Shown piece by piece: positions 20,240-28,785 of a stretch of DNA of 64,000 nt. The notes beneath the pieces were generated by a model that was not told where the DNA came from, made no database searches, and was given only the letters and a program-made list of their open reading frames with translations. Position 1 is the first letter of the stretch, and the number at the start of each line of letters is the position of its first letter. The stretch is taken from the NCBI GenBank assembly GCA_963707635.1, contig OY970173.1, positions 1,824,001 through 1,888,000 of the forward strand, in the 5' to 3' direction. The position numbers were made by a program, and so were the translations under genes. Origin of the DNA: Candidatus Latescibacterota bacterium (GTDB lineage Bacteria > Krumholzibacteriota > Krumholzibacteriia > WVZY01 > JAKEHA01).

Positions 20240-21595
20240 GTGCCCTTCAGCAATTTCAAACTTCACCCCAATCTTCTCAGCGGGCTCAAGGACCTCGGAT
20301 TCACGCGCCCGACGCCGATCCAGGCCGAAGCCATTCCTCCCGGCGTCGAGGGGCGCGACATCCTCGCGTGCGCCATGACCGGCAGCGGCAAGACCGTCGC
20401 CTTCCTCCTGCCGATTCTCCACCACCTGATCGGCAAATCGCGCGGCACCACGCGCGCGCTCGTGCTCACCCCGACCCGCGAGCTGGCGGCGCAGATCCTC
20501 GAGGACTTGAACGACGTCGCCGTCCACACGCCGATCAACGGCGCCGCCGTCTACGGGGGCGTCGGAATGGGACCGCAGGAGCACGCGATCCGCAGCGGCG
20601 TGGACGTCATCGTCGCCACCCCCGGTCGCCTGCTCGATCACTTCGGGTACCCGTACGCCAAACTGAGCGGGCTCGAATTCCTCGTGCTCGACGAAGCGGA
20701 CCGCATGCTCGACATGGGGTTCTTGCCGGACATCCGCCGCATCCTGCGCCACATCCCGAAGCGCCGGCAGACGCTGTTCTTCAGCGCGACCATGCCCGCG
20801 CCAATCGCCGACCTCGCCCGCCAGATGCTCCACAACCCGGTGACGATCAACCTGGCGCGTCAGAGCGGGCCCGCGGTCGGCATCACGCAGGCGGTGTACC
20901 CGGTTTCGCAGGAACTGAAGGCCGCGCTGCTCGCCTCGCTCCTCGATCGCGGCGACCTGAAAGACGCGCTCGTCTTCACCCGCACCAAGCATCGCGCCGA
21001 CCGGGTTGCGCACTATCTGGTCAAGTGCGGGATCGCGGCCGAGCGCATCCATGGCAATCGCTCGCAGAACCAGCGCACGCTCGCCCTGGCGGGTTTCAAG
21101 AGCGGCAAGCACCAGGTGCTCGTCGCCACCGACATCGCCGCGCGCGGGATCGACGTCGAAGCGCTGGGGCACGTCGTGAATTTCGACGTGCCGAAGGCGC
21201 CCGAGGACTATATCCACCGGGTCGGCCGGACGGCGCGCGCCGAGTTGACCGGCGAGGCGTTCACGTTCGTGTCGCCCCAGGAGGAAGCGGACCTCGCCCG
21301 AATCGAGCGCGCGATCCACAAGCGGCTCCCGCGGATCACGGTTCCGGACTTCGACTATCGGGCGCGGCCCGAAGCGCGGCTGGAGCAGTCGAGCGCGGAG
21401 CGCCGCGCGGTGGGTCGCGCGAACCGGGGGCCGAGCGGTGGGCGCGGGCGCCCGAAGTCGGGAGGCCGTCCCCGGGGGACGCCGGGACCGTCCCGTCCGC
21501 ACGCGCCTGCATCCTCGCCGTCGACGCCCGCACGTGCCGGGGCGGGGCCGTCGCGCCAGCCACGCCGATCGCGCCGCAAAGGACGGAGCTGGTAG
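20240..21595 (+). CDS. DEAD-box RNA helicase (RhlE-like)
   Basis: [37 protein letters not shown]; basic C-terminal tail; GAAAGGA SD before GTG. Confidence 0.93.
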   Translation: MPFSNFKLHPNLLSGLKDLGFTRPTPIQAEAIPPGVEGRDILACAMTGSGKTVAFLLPILHHLIGKSRGTTRALVLTPTRELAAQILEDLNDVAVHTPINGAAVYGGVGMGPQEHAIRSGVDVIVATPGRLLDHFGYPYAKLSGLEFLVLDEADRMLDMGFLPDIRRILRHIPKRRQTLFFSATMPAPIADLARQMLHNPVTINLARQSGPAVGITQAVYPVSQELKAALLASLLDRGDLKDALVFTRTKHRADRVAHYLVKCGIAAERIHGNRSQNQRTLALAGFKSGKHQVLVATDIAARGIDVEALGHVVNFDVPKAPEDYIHRVGRTARAELTGEAFTFVSPQEEADLARIERAIHKRLPRITVPDFDYRARPEARLEQSSAERRAVGRANRGPSGGRGRPKSGGRPRGTPGPSRPHAPASSPSTPARAGAGPSRQPRRSRRKGRSW

Positions 21596-21619
21596 ACGAC
21601 TCCCGCCCGAAAAACAGGG

Positions 21620-21663
21620 TTGACGCGGGACCCCGCCGGGCATATAGTTGTTAGTGCCAACTA
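21620..21663 (+). promoter_or_regulatory. Sigma70-type promoter with overlapping candidate MarR operator
   Basis: TTGACG-N17-TATAGT; inverted repeat TAGTTG-N7-CAACTA at 21645-21663 over the -10/+1 region. Confidence 0.7.
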
Positions 21664-21670
21664 GGAGGCC

Positions 21671-22231
21671 ATGATGCCAACCAGGACAGCCAGATCGAGT
21701 GGTGTGGCGCCGGGTTCGACCCGGCGGGGCAACCGGGTGCACGCGGGGCGGAACCCTATCGATCGCGACGCCCGTGACCTGTACGAGGCCCTCACCGACC
21801 TCGTGCGTCTCTATCAGTTCCGGGATCGCAATGTCATCTGCTGCCACGACGTCTCCGTGACCCAGTGCTACGCGCTCCAGTCGCTGGTTCGCGGCGGCGC
21901 GATGACGCTCGGCGCGCTGGCGACCGAGCTCTATCTGGACAAGAGCACCGCGAGCCGGGTCGTGGAGGCGCTGGAGCGCAAGGGGTACGTGCGGCGGGCA
22001 CCGCACCCCGAGGACGCCCGCGCGATCCAACTGGTCGCTACGGCGCGGGGGAAGAGTCTCCACGCGGGTATCGAGGCGGCCCTGCTGGACGAGGAGCGGC
22101 GCCTCATCGCCGGGCTTTCGCCCGAGGTGCGCAAGGCGGCGACGGGGCTGATCCGCGACCTCGCGCGCGCGACGGCCAAGCGGATGGACGTGAACGCGCC
22201 GGGTTGCTGCGCGGGAACGTGCGCATCCTGA
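21671..22231 (+). CDS. MarR-family transcriptional regulator, Cys-rich (putative arsenic-responsive)
   Basis: wHTH LDKSTASRVVEALERKGYVRR...DAR; CCHDVSVTQC and C-terminal GCCAGTC; AGGAGG SD; directly upstream of arsM. Confidence 0.88.
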   Translation: MMPTRTARSSGVAPGSTRRGNRVHAGRNPIDRDARDLYEALTDLVRLYQFRDRNVICCHDVSVTQCYALQSLVRGGAMTLGALATELYLDKSTASRVVEALERKGYVRRAPHPEDARAIQLVATARGKSLHAGIEAALLDEERRLIAGLSPEVRKAATGLIRDLARATAKRMDVNAPGCCAGTCAS

Positions 22232-22255
22232 CGTTTTTTATTTTTTTGCATAACT

Positions 22256-22270
22256 GTTGCTACTGACAAC
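22256..22270. promoter_or_regulatory. Second candidate MarR operator upstream of arsM
   Basis: GTTG-CTACTGA-CAAC, same arms and 7-bp spacing as the site at 21647-21661; preceded by an AT-rich tract. Confidence 0.65.
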
Positions 22271-22288
22271 CAATACGAGGAGTAGGCG

Positions 22289-23182
22289 ATGAATCATCCA
22301 TCGATGGAAAGCGGCGCGTGCTGCGAGGGCAATTGCGCCTGCAATAATGAGCCGGTGAAGGAAGGGGCGCGGCCCGAGGCATCCGCCGAGATTCGCGCGG
22401 CCGTCCGCGAGCGCTACGCGAGCGCGGCGCGCGAGGTCGCGCGTGGTGGGCCGGGGTGCTGCGGGGACGCGTGCGGGTGTACGGACCCGGTAAGCGACAA
22501 CCTGTACGCTCCCGAGGAGATCGCCGGTCTTCCGGAGGCGGTGGTGCGGGCGTCGCTCGGCTGCGGCAATCCCACGCTGCTCGCCGATCTCGACGAGGGC
22601 GAGACGGTGCTGGACCTCGGCTCCGGCGGCGGGATCGACGTCCTGCTCTCGGCGCGCCGCGTCGGACCGGGAGGATTTGCGTTCGGCCTCGACATGACCG
22701 ACGAGATGCTCTCCCTCGCGCGCGACAACCAGCGGAAGTCGGGCATGTCCAACGTCGAATTCCTGAAGGGAGAAATCGAAGCCATCCCGCTCCCCGACGA
22801 CCACGTCGACGTGGTCATTTCCAACTGCGTGATCAACCTGTCGGCGGACAAACCCAAAGCGCTACGCGAGGCGTTTCGGGTGCTGAAACCCACGGGGCGC
22901 TTCGCGGTGAGCGACATCGTTGTGCGCAAGCCGCTCCCGGCGACGGTTCGGCGCGACGCCGAGCTGTGGGCCGGCTGCATGGCAGGCGCGCTCGAGGAGT
23001 GGACGTATCGCGGCCTGTTGGAGGAAGCGGGCTTCGTCGACGTGGAGATCGTCCCGACGCGGGTCTACACCCGCGAGGACGCGCGCTCGCTCATGGCGGG
23101 GTCCGGATTGAGCGCGGAGGATCTCGACGCGGTCGACGGGGCCTTCATGAGTGCGTTCGTTCGGGCGCGTAAGCCCGAATGA
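22289..23182 (+). CDS. arsM: Arsenite S-adenosylmethionine methyltransferase
   Basis: ASLGCGNP, VLDLGSGGGID, GLDMTDEML, ISNCVINLS, WAGCMAGAL; Cys-rich N-terminus. Confidence 0.92.
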   Translation: MNHPSMESGACCEGNCACNNEPVKEGARPEASAEIRAAVRERYASAAREVARGGPGCCGDACGCTDPVSDNLYAPEEIAGLPEAVVRASLGCGNPTLLADLDEGETVLDLGSGGGIDVLLSARRVGPGGFAFGLDMTDEMLSLARDNQRKSGMSNVEFLKGEIEAIPLPDDHVDVVISNCVINLSADKPKALREAFRVLKPTGRFAVSDIVVRKPLPATVRRDAELWAGCMAGALEEWTYRGLLEEAGFVDVEIVPTRVYTREDARSLMAGSGLSAEDLDAVDGAFMSAFVRARKPE

Positions 23183-23225
23183 ACGGTGACGACCAAAGAC
23201 ACGGAATACCGAAGGAGGTGGAGCC

Positions 23226-23288
23226 ATGAAGATCAACTCGTGCGGTTGCGGATGCGGTGGTGGTTGCGGCTGCGGCGGCGGAGACTAG
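23226..23288 (+). CDS. Small Cys/Gly-rich peptide MKINSCGCGCGGGCGCGGGD (metallothionein-like), absent from ORF track
   Basis: AAGGAGGTG SD 5 nt before ATG 23226; 20 codons to TAG 23286-23288; 5 Cys; just downstream of arsM. Confidence 0.65.
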   Translation: MKINSCGCGCGGGCGCGGGD

Positions 23289-23348
23289 TGGATCGACCGG
23301 GCGACGGCCCCGCGGGAGCGAATGCATCGCCGTCGCCCCGGTCGCCAC
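23288..23348 (+). terminator. Strong GC hairpin after the small peptide (terminator or 3' stabiliser; no U-tract)
   Basis: CGACCGGGCGACGGC (23294-23308) pairs with GCCGTCGCCCCGGTCG (23329-23344, one bulge), extended by GTGG/CCAC. Confidence 0.5.
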
Positions 23349-23427
23349 CCCTCTCTCCGGTGTGGCGCTGGCATGTTGGGCCGGGGTCTGATAAACTCGC
23401 CGCAACGGCCATGGTTTTCTCCCATCC

Positions 23428-24183
23428 TTGAAGACAATCTTCGACATCGGCATGTACGACGGGACGGACACCGCCTACTACCTGGAGAGTGGATACCGGG
23501 TGGTCGCCGTCGAGGCGAATCCGCTGCTGGTGGAACGCGCGCACGCGAAGTTCGCACCCCAGCTCGCGTCGGGTCAGCTTGTGTGTGTCAACGTGGCCGT
23601 CGCGGCCCGGGCCGAGCCGGTCGAATTGACCGTCAGCGGCGACGACCTCGGCTCGAGCTCGATCGTGAGCGGCAAGGTGGCGGACCGGCGTCCGATCGGG
23701 TCGATCACCGTGCAGGGGAGGACGATGCAGGAGTTGTTTGCGCAGCACGGCGTGCCGTACTACATGAAAGTCGATATCGAGGGCGCGGATCGGCTGTGCG
23801 TGCTCGGGCTCACGCCCACGGCCCGGCCGGACTACGTGTCGTTCGAAATCGGCGACGACGTCGAGGAACTGATCGCGCACGCGCAGACGGTCGGCTTGAC
23901 GCGCTTCAAGATCATCAACCAGGTGTGTCTGCGCGAACTGGCTCACGAGCGAAGCTTTTCCGACCGGGCGGTGCTGCGGCTGATGCGCCAGCTGGGGTAC
24001 GCGCAACCCCGCCTGATCCGGAGGGACAGCCGGTTTTTTTCGGCCGGTCTGTGCTCGGGTCCGGTGCCCTGGAAGACCGACGGCCGGTGGCACACCGGTG
24101 CCGAGACGATTTCGCGCTGGCGCACGGCGAAAGTCGCGAACGCCGGGTCTGCCTGGTACGACATCCACGCCGCCGTCGCCTGA
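23428..24183 (+). CDS. FkbM-family methyltransferase
   Basis: IFDIGMYDG, VVAVEANP, MKVDIEGAD; TTG start. Confidence 0.8.
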   Translation: MKTIFDIGMYDGTDTAYYLESGYRVVAVEANPLLVERAHAKFAPQLASGQLVCVNVAVAARAEPVELTVSGDDLGSSSIVSGKVADRRPIGSITVQGRTMQELFAQHGVPYYMKVDIEGADRLCVLGLTPTARPDYVSFEIGDDVEELIAHAQTVGLTRFKIINQVCLRELAHERSFSDRAVLRLMRQLGYAQPRLIRRDSRFFSAGLCSGPVPWKTDGRWHTGAETISRWRTAKVANAGSAWYDIHAAVA

Positions 24184-24198
24184 CGGGCGCCGCAGGGC

Positions 24199-25698
24199 TC
24201 ATTCCACTTCTCCGTGGATGAACCAGCTCATGCGCCGGCGGTCGTAGAACATCCACAGCGCGCGGCCGTTCGAGGTGCGGACGAAGTAATATTCGCGCTG
24301 CACCTCGCGCGACCACCAACCCCCCGACACGATATACGGCCCCAGCGTTTCCCGCACCGTCCCCTCGTCGATGTGGCGGATCAACTCCGCCTCCGCCTGG
24401 CGGTGACGGCCCGGCGAGAAGGGAAGCGGCCGGGCGTAGATTCGCCGCACGAGCGGAGGCGTGCGCACCGCGCGCGGTTTCGGCGGCGCCACCGACGCGA
24501 CCGGTTCCCAGTCGAAACGGGCCTCGGGGAGGTGCGCGTCGCGGAGCACGGCCTTGACGACGGCGCGGTCGCCCAGCTCGGCGCGCACGCGCGCCATCGC
24601 CCGCGCGGCGGCGGCGACGTCGCGCACCGCGCGGGCCGCGAACAGATCGGCCTGCACCTGCGACGCGGCCACGCCTTCCACTTCGACGCGCGCGGCGGTC
24701 ACCCCGCGAGCGTGCGCCTTCGACGCCAGCGTTCCGCCCAGGCGCAGCCGCACCAGCTCGACGATCTGCGCGAGCTCGAGCGTGGGCGACGCCGGTTGCA
24801 ATCCCTCGGTTGTTTTCGTCCCATCGTCGAAACCAAGTTCGATCGCGACCGCGCGCAAGACCTCGCCGCGCTCGTCCAGCCGCCGCGCGAGCGATTGCAG
24901 CTCGCGGTCGATTACGACCACGAGGCGATCCAGATTCGTCTCCGGGTCGTCGAGGTGCACCGACGAGACGAGCGGTTCGCGCGGCGCGCGCGGCTGCAGG
25001 GGGGCAGAGAGCTCCCCCTTCGCGGTCCGGTAGAGACGGTGTGCGGTTTCGCCGAAGCGCGTGCGGATGCCGTTGCCGGGCAGCGCCAGAAAGCCGGCGA
25101 GCGTCGTGATGCCGAGGCGGGCGAGCGTGTCGCGAAGCTCGGGCGAAACGCCGAGGCGGGAAAGCTCCACCGTGCCCGCGCGCTCGCGTTCATCGGTTTC
25201 GCTGTTGACGACATGGATGCCGTTGTCCGCCGACGCGTTGGCGATCGCATAGGTGCCAAAGCGCGTGAAGCCGACGACGATCGACGCGTGGAATTCGGCG
25301 CGCGCGATCTCTTCGTGCACGAGGCCGGCCCAGCGGCGCAGCGACGGATACAATAGAGACAGCCCCGACGCGCCGAGCCAGAACACGCCCGGCTCCGCGT
25401 CCGTGGGCTCGACCTCCGGCGTGTAGAAGCGCAGCGACTCGGTCAGCCGGTCGATTTCGGATTTGATTTCCGCCGCGGGCACTTCACCCGCGCGCAGGCC
25501 CGGAGCGAGCGAGAGGGCGGCGGCGTAACGAAGGCCGGGAAGGACGCGACTCGCCCGCGCGCGTTCGTTCGACCAGAGCACCACACCCTGCGCCGCGTCG
25601 CGGTCGACGACCGCGACCGGGTGTTCACTCCAGGCGGGGTGCGTGCGCAGGAGGAGCTGGAGGGGAAACTCCGGGAGATTCAGACACGCGAGGCGCAC
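24199..25698 (-). CDS. imuB: ImuB, catalytically inactive Y-family polymerase
   Basis: Y-family-like N-terminus lacking the catalytic acidic residues, YTPEVE, LARLGITTL, C-terminal GGWW...REYY...LWMFYD; cassette context. Confidence 0.88.
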   Translation of the reverse strand: MRLACLNLPEFPLQLLLRTHPAWSEHPVAVVDRDAAQGVVLWSNERARASRVLPGLRYAAALSLAPGLRAGEVPAAEIKSEIDRLTESLRFYTPEVEPTDAEPGVFWLGASGLSLLYPSLRRWAGLVHEEIARAEFHASIVVGFTRFGTYAIANASADNGIHVVNSETDERERAGTVELSRLGVSPELRDTLARLGITTLAGFLALPGNGIRTRFGETAHRLYRTAKGELSAPLQPRAPREPLVSSVHLDDPETNLDRLVVVIDRELQSLARRLDERGEVLRAVAIELGFDDGTKTTEGLQPASPTLELAQIVELVRLRLGGTLASKAHARGVTAARVEVEGVAASQVQADLFAARAVRDVAAAARAMARVRAELGDRAVVKAVLRDAHLPEARFDWEPVASVAPPKPRAVRTPPLVRRIYARPLPFSPGRHRQAEAELIRHIDEGTVRETLGPYIVSGGWWSREVQREYYFVRTSNGRALWMFYDRRRMSWFIHGEVE

Positions 25699-25705
25699 AC
25701 GCGCA

Positions 25706-26035
25706 TCACCGGGGTGGCAGCGTACTCACGAAGTCCAGGCTGCGATGGATCCAGCGCAACAGAGCCTGGTCGGACTCGTATCCCTCGCGCGCGATGTAGA
25801 CGAACCCCGTGAGCGGCCGGCCGGTGAAGTCCATCGGGCGCGCGTGGGGTTCCTGGAGCGCCTCCTGGTAGGCGTGCGGCCCCACGCGCACGACGAGGTT
25901 GTCCTCGATCACCCCGCAGCACATGTGCCCGTCGAGCATGAAGGCGGCGCCGCCGAACATCTGGCGCTCCGTGAGTCCACGCGTGTGCTTGAGCGTGCTG
26001 CGAATCCTGCTGGCGGTTTTCTCGTTGAAGGTCAT
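25706..26035 (-). CDS. TfoX/Sxy N-terminal domain protein
   Basis: ERQMFGGAAFMLDGHMCCGV, LVVRVGP, RPMDFTGRPLTGFVY. Confidence 0.85.
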   Translation of the reverse strand: MTFNEKTASRIRSTLKHTRGLTERQMFGGAAFMLDGHMCCGVIEDNLVVRVGPHAYQEALQEPHARPMDFTGRPLTGFVYIAREGYESDQALLRWIHRSLDFVSTLPPR

Positions 26036-26144
26036 GGCATCCTTTCATCGCGCATCGCGGGTCCCTTCCGCTCATGCACTCGCGCGCGAACGTTGAAAGC
26101 GCGCCTCGTGAAATCGCGTCAGAGACCCGCGACGCGCCCCATAA

Positions 26145-26789
26145 CTAATGCAGCCCTTCCGGGCCGCGGCATGATTGCACGTGGCTCCAGCCCGGGCCGC
26201 GTCGCTTGTCCTTGATGACGTGGATCTCCCACGCGAACCGATCAAAGTCTTCCCGGGTGACGTTCGTTTCGCCCCGAATCGAAACCAGCGAGCCGATGGA
26301 CGGTGCGTCACCGGCCTTGCGTGTCAGGCACACCACCGCGCAGCGGTGCGCGTTGGCGAGCCCCGCGAGCCGGCTCTGGACCGACATGCGCAGGTGCGAA
26401 TCCGCCGCCAGGTCCAGCACCACGATCGCGAAGCTGCCGGAGCGCAAGAGGTGATCCGCCGCGCGCGCCGCCTGGGTGGAGCCGTCCGCGCGGACGACGA
26501 CCAGCGCGTCGAGATCAACTCCGGACGCGGCGACATCCGGGGGATAGAAGCTCGATTCTCCGGTTGCGATCCACACCGACGGCTCGCCGGCGTGTTGCGC
26601 TTCGAGCACGAGCGAGGTCGCCGCGGTGAGCGAAGCGCTCATGGTCGCGCTCGATAATTCCACCATCCGACCCGCCAATGCCTCCAGCGTCCATTCGGGA
26701 GAGGAGGGAGTCCCGGCCGGGCCCTGACGGATACCCAGCCGGGACAGCACGTGGGTCAGTGGTGCGGAGGAGAGAACGTTGAGGCTCAT
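26145..26789 (-). CDS. imuA: ImuA/RecA-like protein with degenerate Walker A
   Basis: GRMVELS..., FYPPDVAASGVDLDALVVVR, ADHLLRSGSFAIVVLDL; lies between lexA and imuB. Confidence 0.8.
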   Translation of the reverse strand: MSLNVLSSAPLTHVLSRLGIRQGPAGTPSSPEWTLEALAGRMVELSSATMSASLTAATSLVLEAQHAGEPSVWIATGESSFYPPDVAASGVDLDALVVVRADGSTQAARAADHLLRSGSFAIVVLDLAADSHLRMSVQSRLAGLANAHRCAVVCLTRKAGDAPSIGSLVSIRGETNVTREDFDRFAWEIHVIKDKRRGPGWSHVQSCRGPEGLH

Positions 26790-26914
26790 GGTCAGTGCTC
26801 ATTGCCTCGAAAGACCGTTGGTGTTTCCGGCCCGCGCGACCGTGGCGCCCCTCGCCGTAAGTGGTGTGGGAGGAAGGGGCGAGGGACGCCCGTCGCGTCA
26901 CGCGGTTGCCGTAA

Positions 26915-27553
26915 CTAGTCCAGGTATCGACGAACCTCGATCACCTTGCCGAGAATCTTGCACTCGCTCGGGTCGAGCACGATCGGCTCGAAGGCCGGGT
27001 TTTCCGGCTGTAGCACGATCTTCCCGCGACGATGCCGCAGCGTCTTCACGGTGGCCTCGTCGCCGACCAGGGCAACGACGGCGTCACCCTGGTCGGCGGT
27101 TGGTTGGGCCCTGACAATGACGATATCGTCGGGAAGGATGCCGATTCCGGTCATGCTTTCGCCGCGCACGCGCAGCGCGAAGAGCGATTCGCTCCCGGCG
27201 CGGCGCCGGCCGCGTTGCACGGGGACCATGCCTTCACGATCCTCGATGGCGGCCTGGAGATTTCCGGCCTGGATGTGACCGACGAGGGGGGCGAAGACCG
27301 TCGGCCGCGCGTAGTCGACACTCGACTCGGGCAGTGAATACCCACGCGCGCGCGCTTTGTAGTCGCCCTGATTCTTCAACAGGCGTCCTTCGGCGACCAG
27401 CTGCTCGAGGTGCGCCTGCGCCGTCTGCACGGCTTTGAATCCGAACCTCGCCTGCACTTCACGAACCGTCGGCGGTTTACCTTCGAGCAGCCGGTCGCGC
27501 ATAAACTGGTAGATCGATTCCCGGGTTTCGCCTGGAGGGGTTTTGGGAGACAT
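26915..27553 (-). CDS. lexA: LexA repressor
   Basis: PPTVRE HTH, GHIQAG cleavage site, LRVRGESM (Ser), EATVK (Lys), LQPENP. Confidence 0.93.
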   Translation of the reverse strand: MSPKTPPGETRESIYQFMRDRLLEGKPPTVREVQARFGFKAVQTAQAHLEQLVAEGRLLKNQGDYKARARGYSLPESSVDYARPTVFAPLVGHIQAGNLQAAIEDREGMVPVQRGRRRAGSESLFALRVRGESMTGIGILPDDIVIVRAQPTADQGDAVVALVGDEATVKTLRHRRGKIVLQPENPAFEPIVLDPSECKILGKVIEVRRYLD

Positions 27554-27629
27554 GCCGGTTCCTTCCTGCTCCGGGCGGGTGTTCGGGCGCGTCACCGTGG
27601 CGCGCCAGCCCGTCCGATCTGGTGAGCAC

Positions 27630-27658
27630 AGTAAACAGACAATTGTCTTTTTTGGCAA
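27630..27658 (-). promoter_or_regulatory. lexA promoter containing a candidate LexA box
   Basis: Minus strand TTGCCA-N17-TTTACT; perfect palindrome AGACAATTGTCT (27637-27648) in the spacer. Confidence 0.7.
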
Positions 27659-27718
27659 GAGGGTTTATTTTGGGGTCCGTCGGAGGGTAAGGTACGAGGG
27701 GTTGGGGAGCGTCTATCA

Positions 27719-28234
27719 ATGTCACTGACGGCCGACGATATCCGGCGCCTGCTTCGGCTCGAGCCGCTTGCGGAAGAGGGGGGTCTCTTCCGGGAAATAT
27801 ACCGGTCCGCGCTGATGCTGCCGGCGGCGGTGCTGCCGCCATGGTACCGGGGGGAGCGCAACGCCAGCACCGCGATCTATTATCTCCTATCGCCGGGTGA
27901 GTTTTCCGCGCTGCACCGGGTGCGCGGCGACGAGGTGTTCCACTTCTATCTCGGCGGCCCGGTCGAGATGCTCCAGCTGTTTCCCAACGGGACCAGCCGC
28001 GTGGTCGTAATCGGCACGGATATCCAAAGCGGCATGCAGCCGCAGGTCGTGGTGCCGGGCGGCGTGTGGCAGGGGTGTCGTGTGGTCGGGGCACAATTCG
28101 CGCTGATGGGGACGACGATGTCTCCCGGATTCGACGCGCGCGACTTCGAGTTGGGGGAGCGCGCGGCGTTGATCGACCGCTACCCGCAACAGAGCGAAAT
28201 GATCACGGCGCTGACCCGGACGCAAGAAACTTGA
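27719..28234 (+). CDS. Cupin_5 (DUF985) family protein
   Basis: EGGLFREIYRS, STAIYYLL, SALHRV..DEVFHFYLG, QVVVPGGVWQ, PGFD. Confidence 0.88.
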   Translation: MSLTADDIRRLLRLEPLAEEGGLFREIYRSALMLPAAVLPPWYRGERNASTAIYYLLSPGEFSALHRVRGDEVFHFYLGGPVEMLQLFPNGTSRVVVIGTDIQSGMQPQVVVPGGVWQGCRVVGAQFALMGTTMSPGFDARDFELGERAALIDRYPQQSEMITALTRTQET

Positions 28235-28317
28235 CGGCGTCTATCACGCCCTGGACGATCGTTCCAGGGATTGAATCCGTGGTATCGTGCCGCTCAATGT
28301 ACACAGGGAGTTTCAGC

Positions 28318-28785
28318 ATGAGAGAAATCGAGCGGATTGCCGAACTGGTTGCGTCGGGCTATCGCGACGGCGCCTGGCCCGGTGTGTCGGTGCGGGAGGT
28401 CCTGAGAAGTCTCTCGGCCACGGAGGCGTCCGCCCACCCGGTGGCCGGCTGTCACAGCGCATGGGAGATTGCGCTGCACATCTCCTTCTGGCACGACGCC
28501 GTGCGCCGGCGGCTGGGGGGAGATCCCGTCGACTGTGGGGACGACGAGGACTGGCCGGTGCCCGCCGCACCGACGCCCGCGAACTGGCATGCCGTGCTCG
28601 AAGAGATGGATGCGGTCCACCAGAGGCTCGTCGACACCGTCCGGACATTGAACCCCGACATACTGGACCGGCCGTCGCCCGGGAAGACATTCACCGTCTA
28701 TTTCATGCTGCATGGAGTCCCGCAACACGACCTGTACCACGGAGGCCAGGTCGTGCTGCTCAAGAAAGCGAGTCATTCCGCGTGA
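28318..28785 (+). CDS. DinB-family protein
   Basis: HSAWEIALHI, QHDLYHGGQ. Confidence 0.85.
   Translation: MREIERIAELVASGYRDGAWPGVSVREVLRSLSATEASAHPVAGCHSAWEIALHISFWHDAVRRRLGGDPVDCGDDEDWPVPAAPTPANWHAVLEEMDAVHQRLVDTVRTLNPDILDRPSPGKTFTVYFMLHGVPQHDLYHGGQVVLLKKASHSA

Noticed and set aside
23241..23280. TGCGG-like tandem repeat as a microsatellite or CRISPR remnant
   Set aside because: Imperfect, codon-phased and better explained by the Cys-Gly peptide ORF; no spacers
23428..24183. FkbM methyltransferase as part of the arsenic unit
   Set aside because: Separated by a strong hairpin and about 140 bp, and lacks ArsM Cys motifs; no evidence of a link
20200..24199. The block splitting the imu cassette as a transposon or island
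   Set aside because: No transposase, integrase, terminal inverted repeats or target-site duplication found by eye
25680..25706. ATG overlapping the tfoX stop as the imuB start
   Set aside because: Out of frame (reads MRVCASRV*); GTG at 25698 gives the expected ImuB N-terminus
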